A DNA stretch of 64,000 nt from the human T2T-CHM13v2.0 reference genome, Homo sapiens (GCF_009914755.1 NC_060937.1), one strand, 5' to 3'. Shown: positions 16,389 to 30,223, numbered from the stretch's first letter. Numbers and translations are program-made. Notes: generated by a model from the letters alone, not told the origin.

Positions 16389-17629
16389 ATGCTGCAACAG
16401 ATCACGATGGAACCCCCAAAAATGAGGTGAAGAGACTGTGCGGGAAGTAAGTAATTGGTGCCCACTCAGGATTTCCAAGTTTGAGGGAATTTTCAACCTA
16501 GGGTTTCATCATGGGACAACAGTTATCAGCTCAACAGCAACACTATATGTAAGTATTGAAACAGCTGCTTAAAGCTAGCAGAGCCTGGGTCTCGGAGGCT
16601 CAGTTAAGGGGCCTAATGCAAACTGTTGTTTTCAATAACCCATGGTTCCCAGAAGAAGGCACGTTAGACCAAGAACTCTGGGAGCAAGTGAGGGGAAATC
16701 TTAAATAACATCATGCACAAGGGAAACGGGTCCCAGTAACATCTTTAACGTTATGGGCCTTAATCAGGGCTGCTTTGGCCCCACTCTACACAAAAGAGCC
16801 TAAAAAGGAAAGGGAAGAGGAACCATCCACCTACCTGACCGCCTCCTCCTCCCTCAGCCCCACTGTTACTAGGTAAAGGTGCCACAGAGGAGACAGAGTT
16901 TCCCTGAGCCCCCTCCTCCAATAAATTGGAAAAAAAGACAAGGGATACACTACAGTTACGGGACCCTGTCTTAGGCAAGTGGCATTAGAAGGGGAGCTCT
17001 TGGCCTGCCCTGTGATGCAAGATCAACACGGCAATCAGGTATTTGAGCCCATCACTTTCAACACCTATAAAGAGATAAGAAAAAGCATTAGAGAAAACAG
17101 AGCTGCTAGCCCATCTACAAAAGGATTAATTGAGGCCATAGCAGACAACTTCCTTATGATCCCATGGGACAGGTCAGTGCTAGCTCAAACAACTTTAGAG
17201 GCCAGTCAATACCTCCTCTGGATGGCAGAATATGATGAGTTGTGTGAATGACAAGCCAACCAGAATCAATTGGCTGGGTAAAACATATGGGTCACTCAGA
17301 AACAGAAAATTGTCGGCACTGGAGAAGTGCACACAGCCAAGCAGAGTGCACGCCCTCTAAAGTCACGATTTGGAGGGAAGAAAAGCAACTATACAACCTC
17401 TAATCATGCCCATCCCTGTTCATCTTTGGGAATGGGACCTTATTAGCCCAATGGGGGGGTCACTATGCAGAGCCCTTTCTAATAGTGGCCACTGTTGTAA
17501 GTCCTCCCCTACCCCTGACATGGCTGTCTCAAGATCCAATTTGGGTAGAACGGTGACCTTTAAAGGGAGAGAAATTACAACAAACCCATGAATTAATTGA
17601 GGAACAATTAAAAGCCAGCCATATAGAAC

Positions 17630-18205
17630 CAGCAGACAGCCCTTGGAATTCACCCATTTTTTGTCATTCCCATAAAGTCTGGTAAATGGAGAGTTCTGCA
17701 TGACTTACAGGCTATCAATGCTAATTTGCAACCTATGGGGCCCCTTCCACAGGGGCTCCCTTCCCCCCGCAGTGATTCCTCGAGTTTTGAGTCATTATTG
17801 ACTTAAAAGACTGCTTTCATACTATTCTCCTTGCAAAACAGGACAGAGAAAAATTTACGTTTACAATACCAGCTATCAATAATGAAGGCCCAGCTCCCTG
17901 ATTTCACTGGAAAGTACTTCCCCAAGGAATGCTGAACAGTCCTACCATGTGTCAGTATCGTGTAAATAAGGCTTTGCTCCCCAGTAGAAAAGAATTTCCT
18001 AATTGCAAGATAATCCATTATATGGATGACATCTTACTGGCAGCCCCAACGGAGCCAATACTTTTGAATTTATATGCCTCTGTCAAAAAGAATACACAGT
18101 TAACAGGCTTAATCATAGCACCTGAAAAGGTACAGATGTCCTCTCCTTGGAAATATCTTGGATATATACTAACATCCCAGTCAGTAAGACCTCAGAAGGT
18201 TAAAT
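17630..18205 (+). pseudogene. HML-5 pol (reverse transcriptase) remnant
   Basis: [46 protein letters not shown]. Frameshifts and stops; RNase H, integrase and env are absent. Confidence 0.9.
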
Positions 18206-18692
18206 CGAATACTAACAACAGGCTTGTTTACTTATGTTGACCAGGAGCTGACCGTTGATCATTCACACACGTGACCCCTTCCCTGAAGGGGGAACAATAA
18301 TGTTAATTACCTGCAGATTGTGTTTTCTCCAGGCTTTCAGCATTATGTCTGTACTGAATAAAAACAGGCAGCTCCAGCTGTTCAAGACTACTCACTCTTC
18401 AGCCACTAGTGCCCAGCAGTCCCCTAGCTGCTCTTAAACACTGCATACCTGTGTCTGAGTACTCCTTTCATCTGTTGCTCAGCCAGAGTCTGCAGGACAG
18501 ACCTGGCAGATCCCCAAGCCCAGGTGATCCGGGCTAGAAAGGGGAACTCCAGCAGGTTGGGGAGATGCATGTGTCTGGCCTCTAGACAAACCCAAGAAAA
18601 ACCACACCCTCCTTTACCTGCAGGAAGAGTGAAGGAGTTCTTCACCAAGGCCTGAAACAGATTTCTAGAATTACTTCAGTAAAGAAGTTTCT

Positions 18693-18981
18693 TATTTTTG
18701 AGACGGAGTTTCACTCTTGTTGCCCAGGCTGCTGTCCAGTGGCGTGATCTTGGCTCACTGCAGCCTCCACCTCCCGAGTTCAAGTGATTCTCCTGCCTCA
18801 GCCTCCTGAGTAGCTAGGACTACAGGCACACACCACTATGCCTGGCTAATTTTGTATTTTTAGTAGAGATAGGATTTCTCCATGTTGGTCAGGCTGGTCT
18901 CGAATTCCTGACCTCAGGTGATCTGCCCACCTCGGCCTCCCAAAGTGCTGGGATTACATGCGTGAGCCACCACACCTGGCC
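18693..18981 (-). mobile_element. AluSq/Sx
   Basis: Full dimer; agtaaagaag on both flanks. Confidence 0.9.
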
Positions 18982-19325
18982 AGTAAAGAAGATTCTAACA
19001 ACAATGTTGGGTGCAAAGAGACTTTTTTTAATCTTGGCATTTTGATATAGTTAAATCTATTGCTGGTGTATTGGACTTACAACAAAAGATCCTGGAAACC
19101 TAATGGGTCTGTACAACAAAGGGATGATCACATCCACTATATTCTAGAATGCCTGACCAATGATGTTGAATAGACTGTAAAGGATTTCTAGCTTGAATCT
19201 TTGATGTGATAACTGCAGAGCAATACCATAATAGTTTTCACACCTGTATTTTTGCTTTCTTTAAAAATAACAATTACATAGTAGTTTGATGGTTTTTCAA
19301 GCATTCTGTAGGTTTTTATTACACA

Positions 19326-19607
19326 TTTTTTTTAGATGGGGTGACTCTATCACCTGGGCTGGAGGGCAGTGGCATAATCACAACTCACTGTAGCCTCAAC
19401 CTCCAGGGCTCAAGTGTTCCTCCTGCCTCAGCCTCCCAGGAAGCTGGGACCACAGGCATGTGCCACCACATCCAGCTAATTTTTGTTTTTTGTACAGATG
19501 GGGTTTTGCCATGTTGCCTAGGCTGTTCTTGAACTCCTGAGCTCAAGCAATCCACCTGCCTCAGCTTCCCAAAGTGTTGGGATTACAGGAATGAGTTACT
19601 GCGCCTG
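19326..19607 (-). mobile_element. AluJ
   Basis: J-type diagnostic positions. Confidence 0.85.
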
Positions 19608-19619
19608 TCATCTCCATCA

Positions 19620-21680
19620 TTTCTACAGGATAGTTTTGACAGATACAGAATTCATGGTTGCCAGTTTGTTTGTTTTCTTTCAGCACTTTATATCATCCCA
19701 CTGCCTTCTGGCCTCCATGGTAATAAATTGGCTGTTAATCTTATGGAAGGTCCTTTCTATGTACTGATAATTTCTCTCAAGCTGCTTTTAAGCTTCTCTG
19801 TCTTTGGCTTTCAACAGTTTGATTATAATATAATGCTATTGTGAACTCTTTGAGTTTATCATACTTGAAGTTCATTGAGCTTATTAGAAGTGTTACATTA
19901 TGTCTTTTATCAAATTGGGACTTTGGGGCCACTGTTTCTTCAGTCACTCTTCCTGCCCTTTTTACCCTCTTATTTCTTTCTGGGACTCCCATCATGCATA
20001 TGCTGGTACACTTGATGGTGTCCACAAATCTTTTGGACTTTGTTCTTCATTCTTTTACTTTCTGCTCCTTAGACTTAATAATTTCAATTGTTTTCAAGTT
20101 TGCTCATTCCTTCTTTAACCTGCTCAAATCTGTTGAGCGTCACTTGTGAATTTTTTTTTTTTTTTTTTTTTTTTAATGAGACAAGGTGTTGCTCTGTTAC
20201 CCAGGCTAGAGTGCAGGAGTGCAATCATAGCTCACTACAGCTGTGAACTCCTGGGCTCAAGTGATCCTCCTGCCTTAGCCTCCTGAGTAGCTACAGCCAC
20301 AGACATGCACCACCATGCCCAGTTAATTTTTTAATTTTTTTGTAAAGATGGGGTCTCGCTATGTTGCCAAGGCAAACTCTTAGCCTCAAGTGATCCTCCC
20401 GCCTTGGCCTCCCAAGATGGTAGGTTTACAGGCATGAGCCATCATGCTTCATGCTATTGTACTTTTTAACTATACAATTTTTTTGGTTCTTTTCAGTTCC
20501 ATAATTTCTGTTTGGTTCCTTTTATAATTTCTATCTATTAATAATCTTTATTTTTTTAAATAATTTCAAATTTTATTTTAGATTCAGAGGGTACATGTGC
20601 AGGTTTGTTACCTAGGTATAATTTGTGTTGCTGAGGTTTGGGGTATGACTGATCCCCTCACCCAGATACTGAGCATTGTACCAATAGTTTTTTCAACCCT
20701 TGCCCTTTTCCCTCCCTCCCTGTCTAGTAGTCCCCAGTGTCTATTGTTGCCATCTTTATGGTCCATGAGTACCCAGAGTTTAGCTCCCATTTACAAATTT
20801 GAACATGCAGTATTTGGTTTTTCTGTTCCTTTATTAATTCGCTTAGAACAATGGCCTCCAGTTGCATCCATGTTGCTGCAAAGGACATGATTTCATTCTT
20901 TTTATGGCTTCATAGTATCCCATGGTGCATATGTACCACATTTTCTTTATCCAATCCATTGTTGATGGGCACCTGAGTTGATTCCATGTCTTTGCTATTG
21001 TGAATAGTGCTGTGATGAACATACTAGTGCATGTGTCTTTTTGGTAGAATGAGTTCTTTTCTTTTGGATGTGTACCCAGTAATGGGATAGCTGGGTCGAA
21101 TGGCAGTTCTGTTTTCAGCTCTTTGAGAAATCTCCAAACTGCTTTCCACAGTGGTTGAGCTAATTTACATCCCCACCAACAGTGTATAAGCATTTCCTTT
21201 TCTCTGCACCCTTGCCAGCATATGTTGTTCCTTGACTTTTTAATAATAACTGTTCTGATGGTATCTCATTGCAGTTTTGATTTGCACTTCTCTGATGATT
21301 AGTGATGTTGAGCTTTTTTCATGTTTGTTGACCATTTGATTATTCTTTTGCATATTCCCTATTTGTTTTTGAGACCTTGTTCTCCTGGTTGTTTCTTTCC
21401 GATCTTTTTCTATGTTTCTTTTCACTTTTTGTTCATGTTTAAGACAGGTCATTTAAAGTATTTCTCTTATAATTCCTGTATCTGCACTTCCTCGGCTCAG
21501 GGACAGTTTCTGTTCATTTACTTTTTCCTTTGATTTGGCCATTTTTTCATGTTTCTTTTTTTTTTTTTTTTTGCATGCCTCATAATTTTTTGTTGAAGAT
21601 TGGACATTTTGAGCATTATAATGTGGTAACTCTGGAAACCAGAGTCTCTCTCCTCCCCCAAAATCTCTTGTTGTTTCTTA
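19620..21680 (-). mobile_element. Old L1M fragment with nested AluJ (20150-20450) and L1PA16/PB-type 3' end (about 20555-21335)
   Basis: ORF 20843-21193 is L1 ORF2 C-terminus (HCWWGCKL..PLWK..WRFLKEL, WIKKMWYI). ORF1-like remnants lie at 19780-20150. Confidence 0.8.
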
Positions 21681-22214
21681 GACAACACTATAGAGTAGGT
21701 TGTAATTATGAAACTTGGTAAATTACGGTGTCCCCAATCCCCTTGGTAATAAATTGTGGAGTCAGGATTCAAAGCCATACCTTTTCCACTGTATTCTCTA
21801 CTCTATCCTTTCTATTCTCATTTTATTCAGTACCCTAAAAATCTGGATCTTCCCCATTGCTTTATTCCCATTTCAGTGAATCTCAGATCTGTATCTCCAG
21901 CCCTCGCCTCTCTTGAGTGGCAGATAAATGTATTTCTAACTAGTTACAAAAATATATTTCTAACTAGTTACAAACACTATCACGAATTTCAAACTCAGGA
22001 AGTCTTAAAGTAAATTTATTATCTCACTCTCCTGTTTCCACGAACTTTCCCGAAATTTTCTTCTTTCCCGCCCTTGCGAATCCCTTGCATTTCTCAGTTA
22101 AAGGACAGCACCATCCACCCACCTCTCCCAAAGCCGAGCTTTGGATTTATCCTCATTGGCTAAATCCCTCCTGAAACATGAAACTGAAACAAAGCCCTGA
22201 ACCCCCTCAGGCTG

Positions 22215-22470
22215 AAAAGACAAACCCCGCCTGAGGCCGGGTCCCGCTCCCCACCTGGAGGGACCCAATTCTGGGCGCCTTCTGGCGACGGTCCGTGCTA
22301 GGGACGCTGCGCTCTCCGAGTGCGAGTTTTCGCCAAACTGATAAAGCACGCAGAACCGCAATCCCCAAACTAACACTGAACCCGGACCCGCGATCCCCAA
22401 ACTGACAAGGGACCCGGAACAGCGACCCCCAAACCGACACGGGACTCGGGAACCGCTATCTCCAAAGGGC
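22215..22470. repeat. Small CpG-rich block with a diverged ~32-bp tandem repeat
   Basis: 4-5 units of the form g(g/a)acccggaaccgcgatccccaaactgaca between about 22320 and 22465. Confidence 0.7.
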
Positions 22471-22526
22471 AGCTTTCTTTGAGGGAGGCTGTTAGACGTG
22501 ACTCCTTGTTTCTAAAAATGGACAAA

Positions 22527-22740
22527 TACCAGCCTGGGCAACATGACAAAAACCCATTTCTAGTAAAAATAGAAAAAAATTAGCCAGGCATGGTGGTGGG
22601 CGCCTGTAATCCCAGCTACGCTGGAGGCTGAGGCAGGAGAATCACTTGAACCGGGAGGCGGAGGTTGCAACCAGCTGAGATCACACCACTGTACTCCAGC
22701 CTGGGTGTCAGAGTGAGACTCCATCTCCCTCCCAAAAACA
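22527..22740 (+). mobile_element. 5'-truncated Alu
   Basis: Begins at accagcctgggcaacatg. Confidence 0.85.
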
Positions 22741-23254
22741 CCCAAATGCAGAATATATATGTGTATATACACATATACATATTCCATTTAAACATAGTTG
22801 TATATTTTTATTACCAATTGTTCGGTTTTTCTCCAGAATGTCTTAACAGAAACCCACATAATGAGTCTTTTTGAATGCATAGAATTATATACAAAAACCC
22901 ATGTTTCACTATCACATAATGTTAATTTTTAATTTAGAAATAAATGCTTCTATGTTCTTGAGTCACACAATCTGTAACTAAAATCTGTCATGTTTTTATT
23001 AAGATGTATATTATAAGCCTGTACAAAGGGATTTTGGGTGTTGTAATATCAGCCACAAAAGCTAGAAATCATTCTTAAACCAACACACATGTTGCAAGCT
23101 ATGATATTCAATTTTTACAATGTGTTCAATTTACAACATGATTACAATGTTTCTTAAGGTAATGCCTAATTTTTCCAGTTTGTATGTATAACAATTCTAA
23201 ATTCACTGTCATATTGACTTAAGAGAGGGTCCTTAAAAACTTTGTTTCCTACAG

Positions 23255-23387
23255 GATGGTGATGGGAATCTTTGCAAATTGTATCTTCTGTTTGAAAGTG
23301 AAGTACTTACCTCGGCAGCAGAAGAAAAAGCTACAAACTGACATTAAGGAAAATGGCGGAAAGTTTTCCTTTTCATTAAATCCTCAG
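23255..23387 (+). pseudogene. PARP4: Duplicated PARP4 first coding exon (N-terminal half of BRCT domain)
   Basis: cctacag|G ATG, MVMGIFANCIFCLKVKYLPRQQKKKLQTDIKENGGKFSFSLNPQ, CAG|GTATTT. Both splice sites and the frame are intact. This is a paralogous fragment, not the functional gene. Confidence 0.92.
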
Positions 23388-23972
23388 GTATTTCCAAATG
23401 TCATAAACTACAGTGTGATAAAACATCGCGCATTCAGGGAACAACAGGGTCATGGTTAGAAGAGGAAACAGAGATTAGCAGCAGGAGAGAGTGAGCTACT
23501 GGAAGCTCATCAGGAGAGACTGTGACTTGGCCGGTTGGGAGGCTGGGCCCCCAGAGGCAGAGGAGGACCAGCCCTGTTCTCTCCCTGTTCCCTGAACCGC
23601 AGGACAATTCCACATGTCCAGTGAGGCAGGATATTACTAGAGCACAGCCAAATATGAAAATAGAATTTCAGACCAGTCAAATCTATTCTTGAAGGAAAAA
23701 AGTCATAGTGCACAGGATTTGCAAAAAGCGCACTGTCGTCACTCACCAGTGTGTCAACGCTGGGGTGATATACTGGTAAGCCAGGTTCCTGGGGGCAAAA
23801 AGAAAGATATGTAGTGCAGACTCATCTTCGCAGTGTAGCTTGTGCTGTTTGTTTTGTTCATTTAAAGACTGCAGGAAGCTACATTCCATCTTTTGAATTG
23901 AACTTGTAGGCCTGGCAGTTCAGATAACAGGATTTCACAACTGGATGAAATCTTGGAAACAGTTAAGTCTAA

Positions 23973-24277
<305 letters not shown>

Positions 24278-25016
24278 CCCTCCTCTTTTTTTAAACCACC
24301 TCGTTGTAAGAAGTAAAAATAGAAATCCAAAGGCTCTAGGTTCCAGGCTGGCCTGCCCCTGTCCTCTCCTGTTCCCTCTGTTGATGAATTGATGGGCTGA
24401 CTCAGCCTGCCCCTCCCTGGACCTCAGCCCTGGGACTTGGCCATAGTGAGCCTCATCTGTGAAGCGTGTTCAACTCCAGTTGAATACCAGAAATGCAATG
24501 TCCCTGTTTACTTCCAATTCAGGTAGAATTGTATATACTTCCCTTATACAGCTTCCCACACTGAGCTGTCTCACCATCTCTGTGGACAGATGAGTAATTC
24601 GTGCCCGCTCTCCCTTCTCAGTTTGTCTTCTGTGTGGAGAACTGCCAACATGGTCTCTCCTTTTTAGAAACTCACATACTGTAAGTGCAACCTTTTGGAA
24701 GTCAGTGTACATAAACATGTGAAATGTGCATCCCAGCTACTGTAGATAATGAGGCAGCTCTATATGTAATCACGAGGAAAAATCGCCAAGATAAATTCAG
24801 TGGACAAGCCAGCACGGAAGAGGCTGAGGAGCACGCTGCCATATGTCTACACATAGTGTAGCTCTAGCAGAATTCGTGAGGAGCAAGTGACAGCAGGTGC
24901 CTCTGCAGAAAGGAACTGGGGACAACAGTGGGGAAGAAGTTAACATGTCATTATTTTATTTTTTAGATATTCTACAATGTGAATTTACTATTTATTAAAA
25001 ACTAAATAAAATTGTA

Positions 25017-25140
25017 AGCTGGGGATAGTGGCTCATGCCTGTAAACCAGCACTTTGGGAGGCTGAGGTGGAAGAGTCACTTGAGGCCAGGAGTTCAAGAC
25101 CAGCCTGGTCAACATAGCAAGAACCCATATCTACAAAAAA
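25017..25140 (+). mobile_element. FLAM
   Basis: Left-arm monomer with A tail. Confidence 0.8.
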
Positions 25141-26855
25141 ACCCCAAAATTTTTAAAAATTATGAATTAAAATAAATAATGAATAACCTTTGAACCTCCC
25201 TTTCCACTACTAAGAAAATAATTGAACAAGTGCACAAGGATGTGTACATGAGGATAGTCATCACAGCGTTGTTTACAATAATGAAAATTTAGAAATAACC
25301 TCTAGGGTTAATCAATTATAGTGCATTCGTAGCCATATCCTTTAAAAACAGTTGATTTTTTAAATGTTTATGTAACTAGAAACTGTTATTTATAGAAGTC
25401 TTAGAAATTTGAGAAAGATTATCACAAACTACCTTAAGACTTTTTAAGGATGAAAATTATAGATACAAATAACTTATTTAAATGTTGTTTTTCCTGAGGC
25501 ATAATGGATTGACTTTTTTTCCTTAGTGCACACATGTAATTAAATATTTTTCATTTCCTGTTTATTGCATATTTGAAACTTTGTTCTATATTTTCTATTT
25601 CAGGATGTACGTAACATTGATGCGAGAGCACATTATATGGGGGTGTAGGCACCAGATTTTCTTGCTAGTGGAATGTGAACCAAAAAGTGTAGAGGCCACT
25701 GGGCTAAAGGAGGCCGGCTCAATCAGTGAAAATATTCAAAGCCAGTTTTGTTGTTTTCAGCAGTTAGTAACTATCAGTAGATGAATATTTACTAGGAAAC
25801 ATTGGTCTTTTAACCACTTTGGGCATGCTTCTTATTTAGTATGTTCATTCTATCATGACATTCAGTGAACATTTATTGAGTGCCTACTGTGCACTAGGGA
25901 CTAGTAAGCATGTTAAGTTTGTAAGCTTTGTTAATTTCCACCACAAACCCATAGGACCTCGTTATTCTCATAATTGAGGAAACTGAGATTCCCAGTGTTG
26001 AATGAAAGCCACACAGTATCACATGGCCAATATCATGTGATTGCAGAGTCAGGACTCAAACCCAGCTCTTAACCACCACGCTATACTGACGGCCCTTTCC
26101 CAGTTCACAGGGAAAAATCAGGAACAGGGAGAGAATTTTCAAAATATTAAGTTTCCCCATAGAATTTTCTGAAGAACTTTGGTGTATGTTGCCACTTGTT
26201 CACTAACAAGTTCTAGCAGATGACAGAACAATGAGGAAGTAGCTAATTAATATTAATGAACAACCTCAGAATTTTTCTGAGTGTTGAATAGACTTGAATA
26301 TTCAACAGTCTCAAATATTTGACACCATTTAGTGGACACAGACTTGACTCGATATGCTTATTCTACCAAGTTGTTCCTGGTTTACGTGACACAACTGAAT
26401 GTATGCCAGTTTCATGGGGGACTCTCAGATATTCTGAAGGTACCTAATCAAGTCAGTATAGTGGGAAGGAGAGAGAAACAGAAGCCTCATTTGTGAAATA
26501 GTACTTGAGTTTGTGCGTGAAGAATGGATAGGATTTAGACTGAGAAGCGTGGAAAGGGGACAACCATAAACAACTGTAGAGAGGCTGGAACGTGAGCTGT
26601 GCTGCAGGCAGCAGGGATGCCTGGAGGCACATGGAAGCCAGGAGGTGGCGGGCACAGGGCACTTGACAATGCAGTGCATAAGCTCGAGGTGAGACGGGCA
26701 GAAGAACTTCCGTAAGATGCCAAGGAAAACTGCTTTTATTAAATATCTTAATTTTTGGCAGAATCATTTTGTCTGATATAATGTGATGGGTTTAGTACCA
26801 CATTACATTTCACATGTTATATTCTGAAATCTGAAACTTTTTTTTTTTAATCTAG

Positions 26856-27240
26856 GAATATTCCCTGGGCTTTTGAGGCAATAAAGCAAGCAAGTGAATG
26901 GGTAAGAAGAACTGAAGGACAGTACCCATCTATCTGCCCACGGCTTGAACTGGGGAACGACTGGGACTCTGCCACCAAGCAGTTGCTGGGACTCCAGCCC
27001 ATAAGCACTGTGTCCCCTCTTCATAGAGTCCTCCATTACAGTCAAGGCTAAGTCAAATGAAACTGAATTTTAAACTTTTTGCATGCTTCTATGTAGAAAA
27101 TAATCAAATGATAATAGATACTTATAATGAAACTTCATTAAGGTTTTATTCAGTGTAGCAATTAGTGTCTTCAAAAATAAAGTAAGTGGAAGCAGAATTA
27201 CTTTAATCAACTAACAAGCAATAATAAAATGAAACAAAAT
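26856..27240 (+). pseudogene. PARP4: Duplicated PARP4 terminal exon with 3'UTR
   Basis: tctag|G then NIPWAFEAIKQASEWVRRTEGQYPSICPRLELGNDWDSATKQLLGLQPISTVSPLHRVLHYSQG* (TAA 27049-27051). AATAAA at 27176 and 27223. Confidence 0.92.
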
Positions 27241-27269
27241 ATTTGTTTTCTGTGTCTCATTTTTTTGTT

Positions 27270-27878
<609 letters not shown>

Positions 27879-28012
27879 CGGTGTTTCAGAGCTTTATGGT
27901 GATGAGGCATGCTTCTGGATAGTCCTGGGAGCCTGTGCCCTTCTCACATTCAGGAGTCCAGTGGAAAGCTGGCTCAGCTGGACTGAGCAAGCTGAGAAGA
28001 AACATGGTCTTT

Positions 28013-28502
28013 TGTAGGGGATCTGTCAGGGTTGTGGGAGAAATTATAAAAATTAAGATGTAGGAAATAGACACAAAACTTCTTGGAAGGCTGGGAGGTT
28101 TGCGTAGCTTCAGTAAAAGTTTTGGCTGAAGACAGCTGAACTCTCTTAAAAGCTTAGGGCATAGATACATAGGAATGTAGAGGATTTTATCTAAATAGCT
28201 TGTTTACTCATGTGGTCCTAAGACCTTTGATCATTTGCAGGTGCATGACTGCTCTCTACTCCGGAGGTCAGCGATGTTAATTACCCTCTAGTCGTATTTA
28301 CTTGAGACCTTTGTCATTAAATCTGTACTGAATAAATGCCTGGAGGCCCAGCCTGTCAGGGCTGTGGCTGCTGACTCTTTACAGCACCCTCCTTGGTGTC
28401 TGGGAGCTGCCGGTCCCCTAGCCTGCTGTTTCATGGGATACCTGTGTCTGAGTGCATTTCTTCACCCGTCATGTGGCCAGGGTCTGCAGGTTGGACCCGG
28501 CA
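28013..28502 (+). mobile_element. LTR22 solo LTR (HML-5)
   Basis: TGTAGGGGATC...GGACCCGGCA. Clear similarity to the LTRs at 15911 and 18214 (ctgtactgaataaa, gtcccctagc, ggccagggtctgc). Confidence 0.85.
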
Positions 28503-29023
28503 AGTTACTGACACAGTTTGAAAATTATACAGGATTGGTTGTTGAGTTGGATATTTTAGTCAACATTTATTAAGCCCATGCCTCAGCAGTAGTTGACTTT
28601 TGTCTAAAGGGAAAGAAAGAAATTCTAGTTTTCCCAAACATCTAAGGCTCCAAACAAAACATACTGAATCAAGATTTCCAGAAGAAAGTCCTGACAACTT
28701 GGATATTTAATAGGTGCTCCAGGTTATCAAGCACATTAGAATACAATGGCCCAGGTGCTGTATCTCAAAGTGTGAGTCTGTGAACTGGCATTGTCTGCCT
28801 CACTCGAGAACTCATCAAGACAGGCAGAATCTCTGGTCCTGTTTGAGACTATTGAATAAGAAGCTGCATTTTTATTTAGCAAGGCCCCCAGGCGACTCCT
28901 GTGCACGATTATAGTTGAAGGGCTAGTGGACTGTGGTGACAGGAACATATTTGGTGCTTGTGCAGGGCCTTGTTCTAAGAACCCATGATGCTTGTGCACA
29001 GTGGAGCATCCCATCAGTCCAAT

Positions 29024-29626
29024 TGTTGGGAGAAAAGCTGAGGCAACACTTGCTATCTGACATAATATAAAGAGTCTTGGAACATGTCCTGGGTCCAGAG
29101 TTTAAAACCTCTTGTGGCCTGTGCAACACCAGCCTCTGTGCTTAAGGGTGGAAGGCTGCCCCGCTGCACTACAACCTAAGCCCAGGGCATAAAACCCCTC
29201 ATGGCTTGGATGGAATCCACGACTCAGGACATAAAACCCCTCGTGGCCTCTGGAATGTGCCCAGACTTGCTGGCTCCTTGCTTCTTGCTCTCCCAGGATC
29301 ATAAATTGATTGTATCTTGAGTTAGAAGGACATATTCAACATTATCTCGAGTAGCAGAACATGTTCCATATGCTTCAAAGAAAATGCTAAACCGACACAG
29401 CTATAAATTAAACACTTGATGCGACCACTTCCTTTTGACCAGCACATCCTCACCCCCTGCTTCTTTGTTTTATCACCAATAAATAGTGTGGGCTCCCAGA
29501 GCTCAGGGCCTTCACAGCCCTGAGTGCCCTGGACCCACTTTATGTACTATTGTCTTGTCTCATTCCTTTGACTCTGCCGGACTTTGTAGCCCCCATGGCA
29601 TGGTGTTGGGTTTGATCACCCCAACA
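29024..29626 (+). mobile_element. LTR14-type solo LTR (HERV-K HML-1)
   Basis: TGTTGGG...CCCAACA inverted ends, internal cataaaacccctc repeats, AATAAA near 29478, exact 5-bp TSD CCAAT (29019-29023 / 29627-29631). Confidence 0.82.
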
Positions 29627-30223
29627 CCAATGTGGCTATTTGTGACTGCCTTTGTTTTATAATATTTTTATTATTCACCTTGTACAGATGAAGACTCCCA
29701 GCTGTAGAGGCAAAGGGGCCACACTGCAGGTAGAGCAGGCATTCCCCAAGGTGTTTGTGATCCCGGGGTACAGCTCCCACCCTTGGCTGCCTGGATGCTT
29801 CTTTCCAGACCAACTGTATCTCAAAGACATCCCCTTAGGCACCCAGCACAGGCTGCTGTCTGAATTTAGAACTGAGCCTGTTCAGTTGATGGCTCAGCAC
29901 AGGCCTCTAAAAAAGCAAGCCTGATGTGGGTTAGTACATCTGTGGTTGGCTTACTTATTTGGTGTTCATTTTTTCAGTTTTCAGAAAGGTCACTTGAAGT
30001 GCTGCTGGTGGCTGTAGCATTGATACACAGTGGAGGTTTTTGATCTGTGAGCTTTTTAGGGGACAATAGCTAAGCCGCACTGATACCTTGAGCCCATTTC
30101 CTTTGGAACAACGTAGAGCCCAGTTCATGGCTCCCAGAAGTTTAGGTTCAGTAATTTGGCTGCAGGCCTAGACAATGGGAGGCTGCAGACTTGGACTAAT
30201 GGTGAACTCTTGCCTCCCCCCAG

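Larger units (their letters stand above)
15911..18508 (+). mobile_element. HERV-K(HML-5)/HERVK22 provirus, internally deleted
   Basis: 5' LTR22 at 15911-16368, tRNA-Met PBS, gag start MGQQLSAQQQ at 16511 with an early stop, pro remnant, RT motifs, partial 3' LTR about 18214-18508. 6-bp TSD gattcc/gatccc with one mismatch. Confidence 0.88.

Noticed and set aside
21926-21973. 24-bp tandem duplication containing taactagtta
   Set aside because: Ordinary slippage duplication with no functional context.
23256-23459. 67-aa ORF taken as the functional PARP4 gene
   Set aside because: Only 44 codons are PARP4, the rest is intron read-through, and the internal exons are absent.
25604-25790. Good plus-strand acceptor (ttttctatttcag|gatg) between the PARP4 exons
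   Set aside because: The translation matches no PARP4 exon I recognise and there is no convincing donor; joined to the PARP4 exon it stops after 14 codons.
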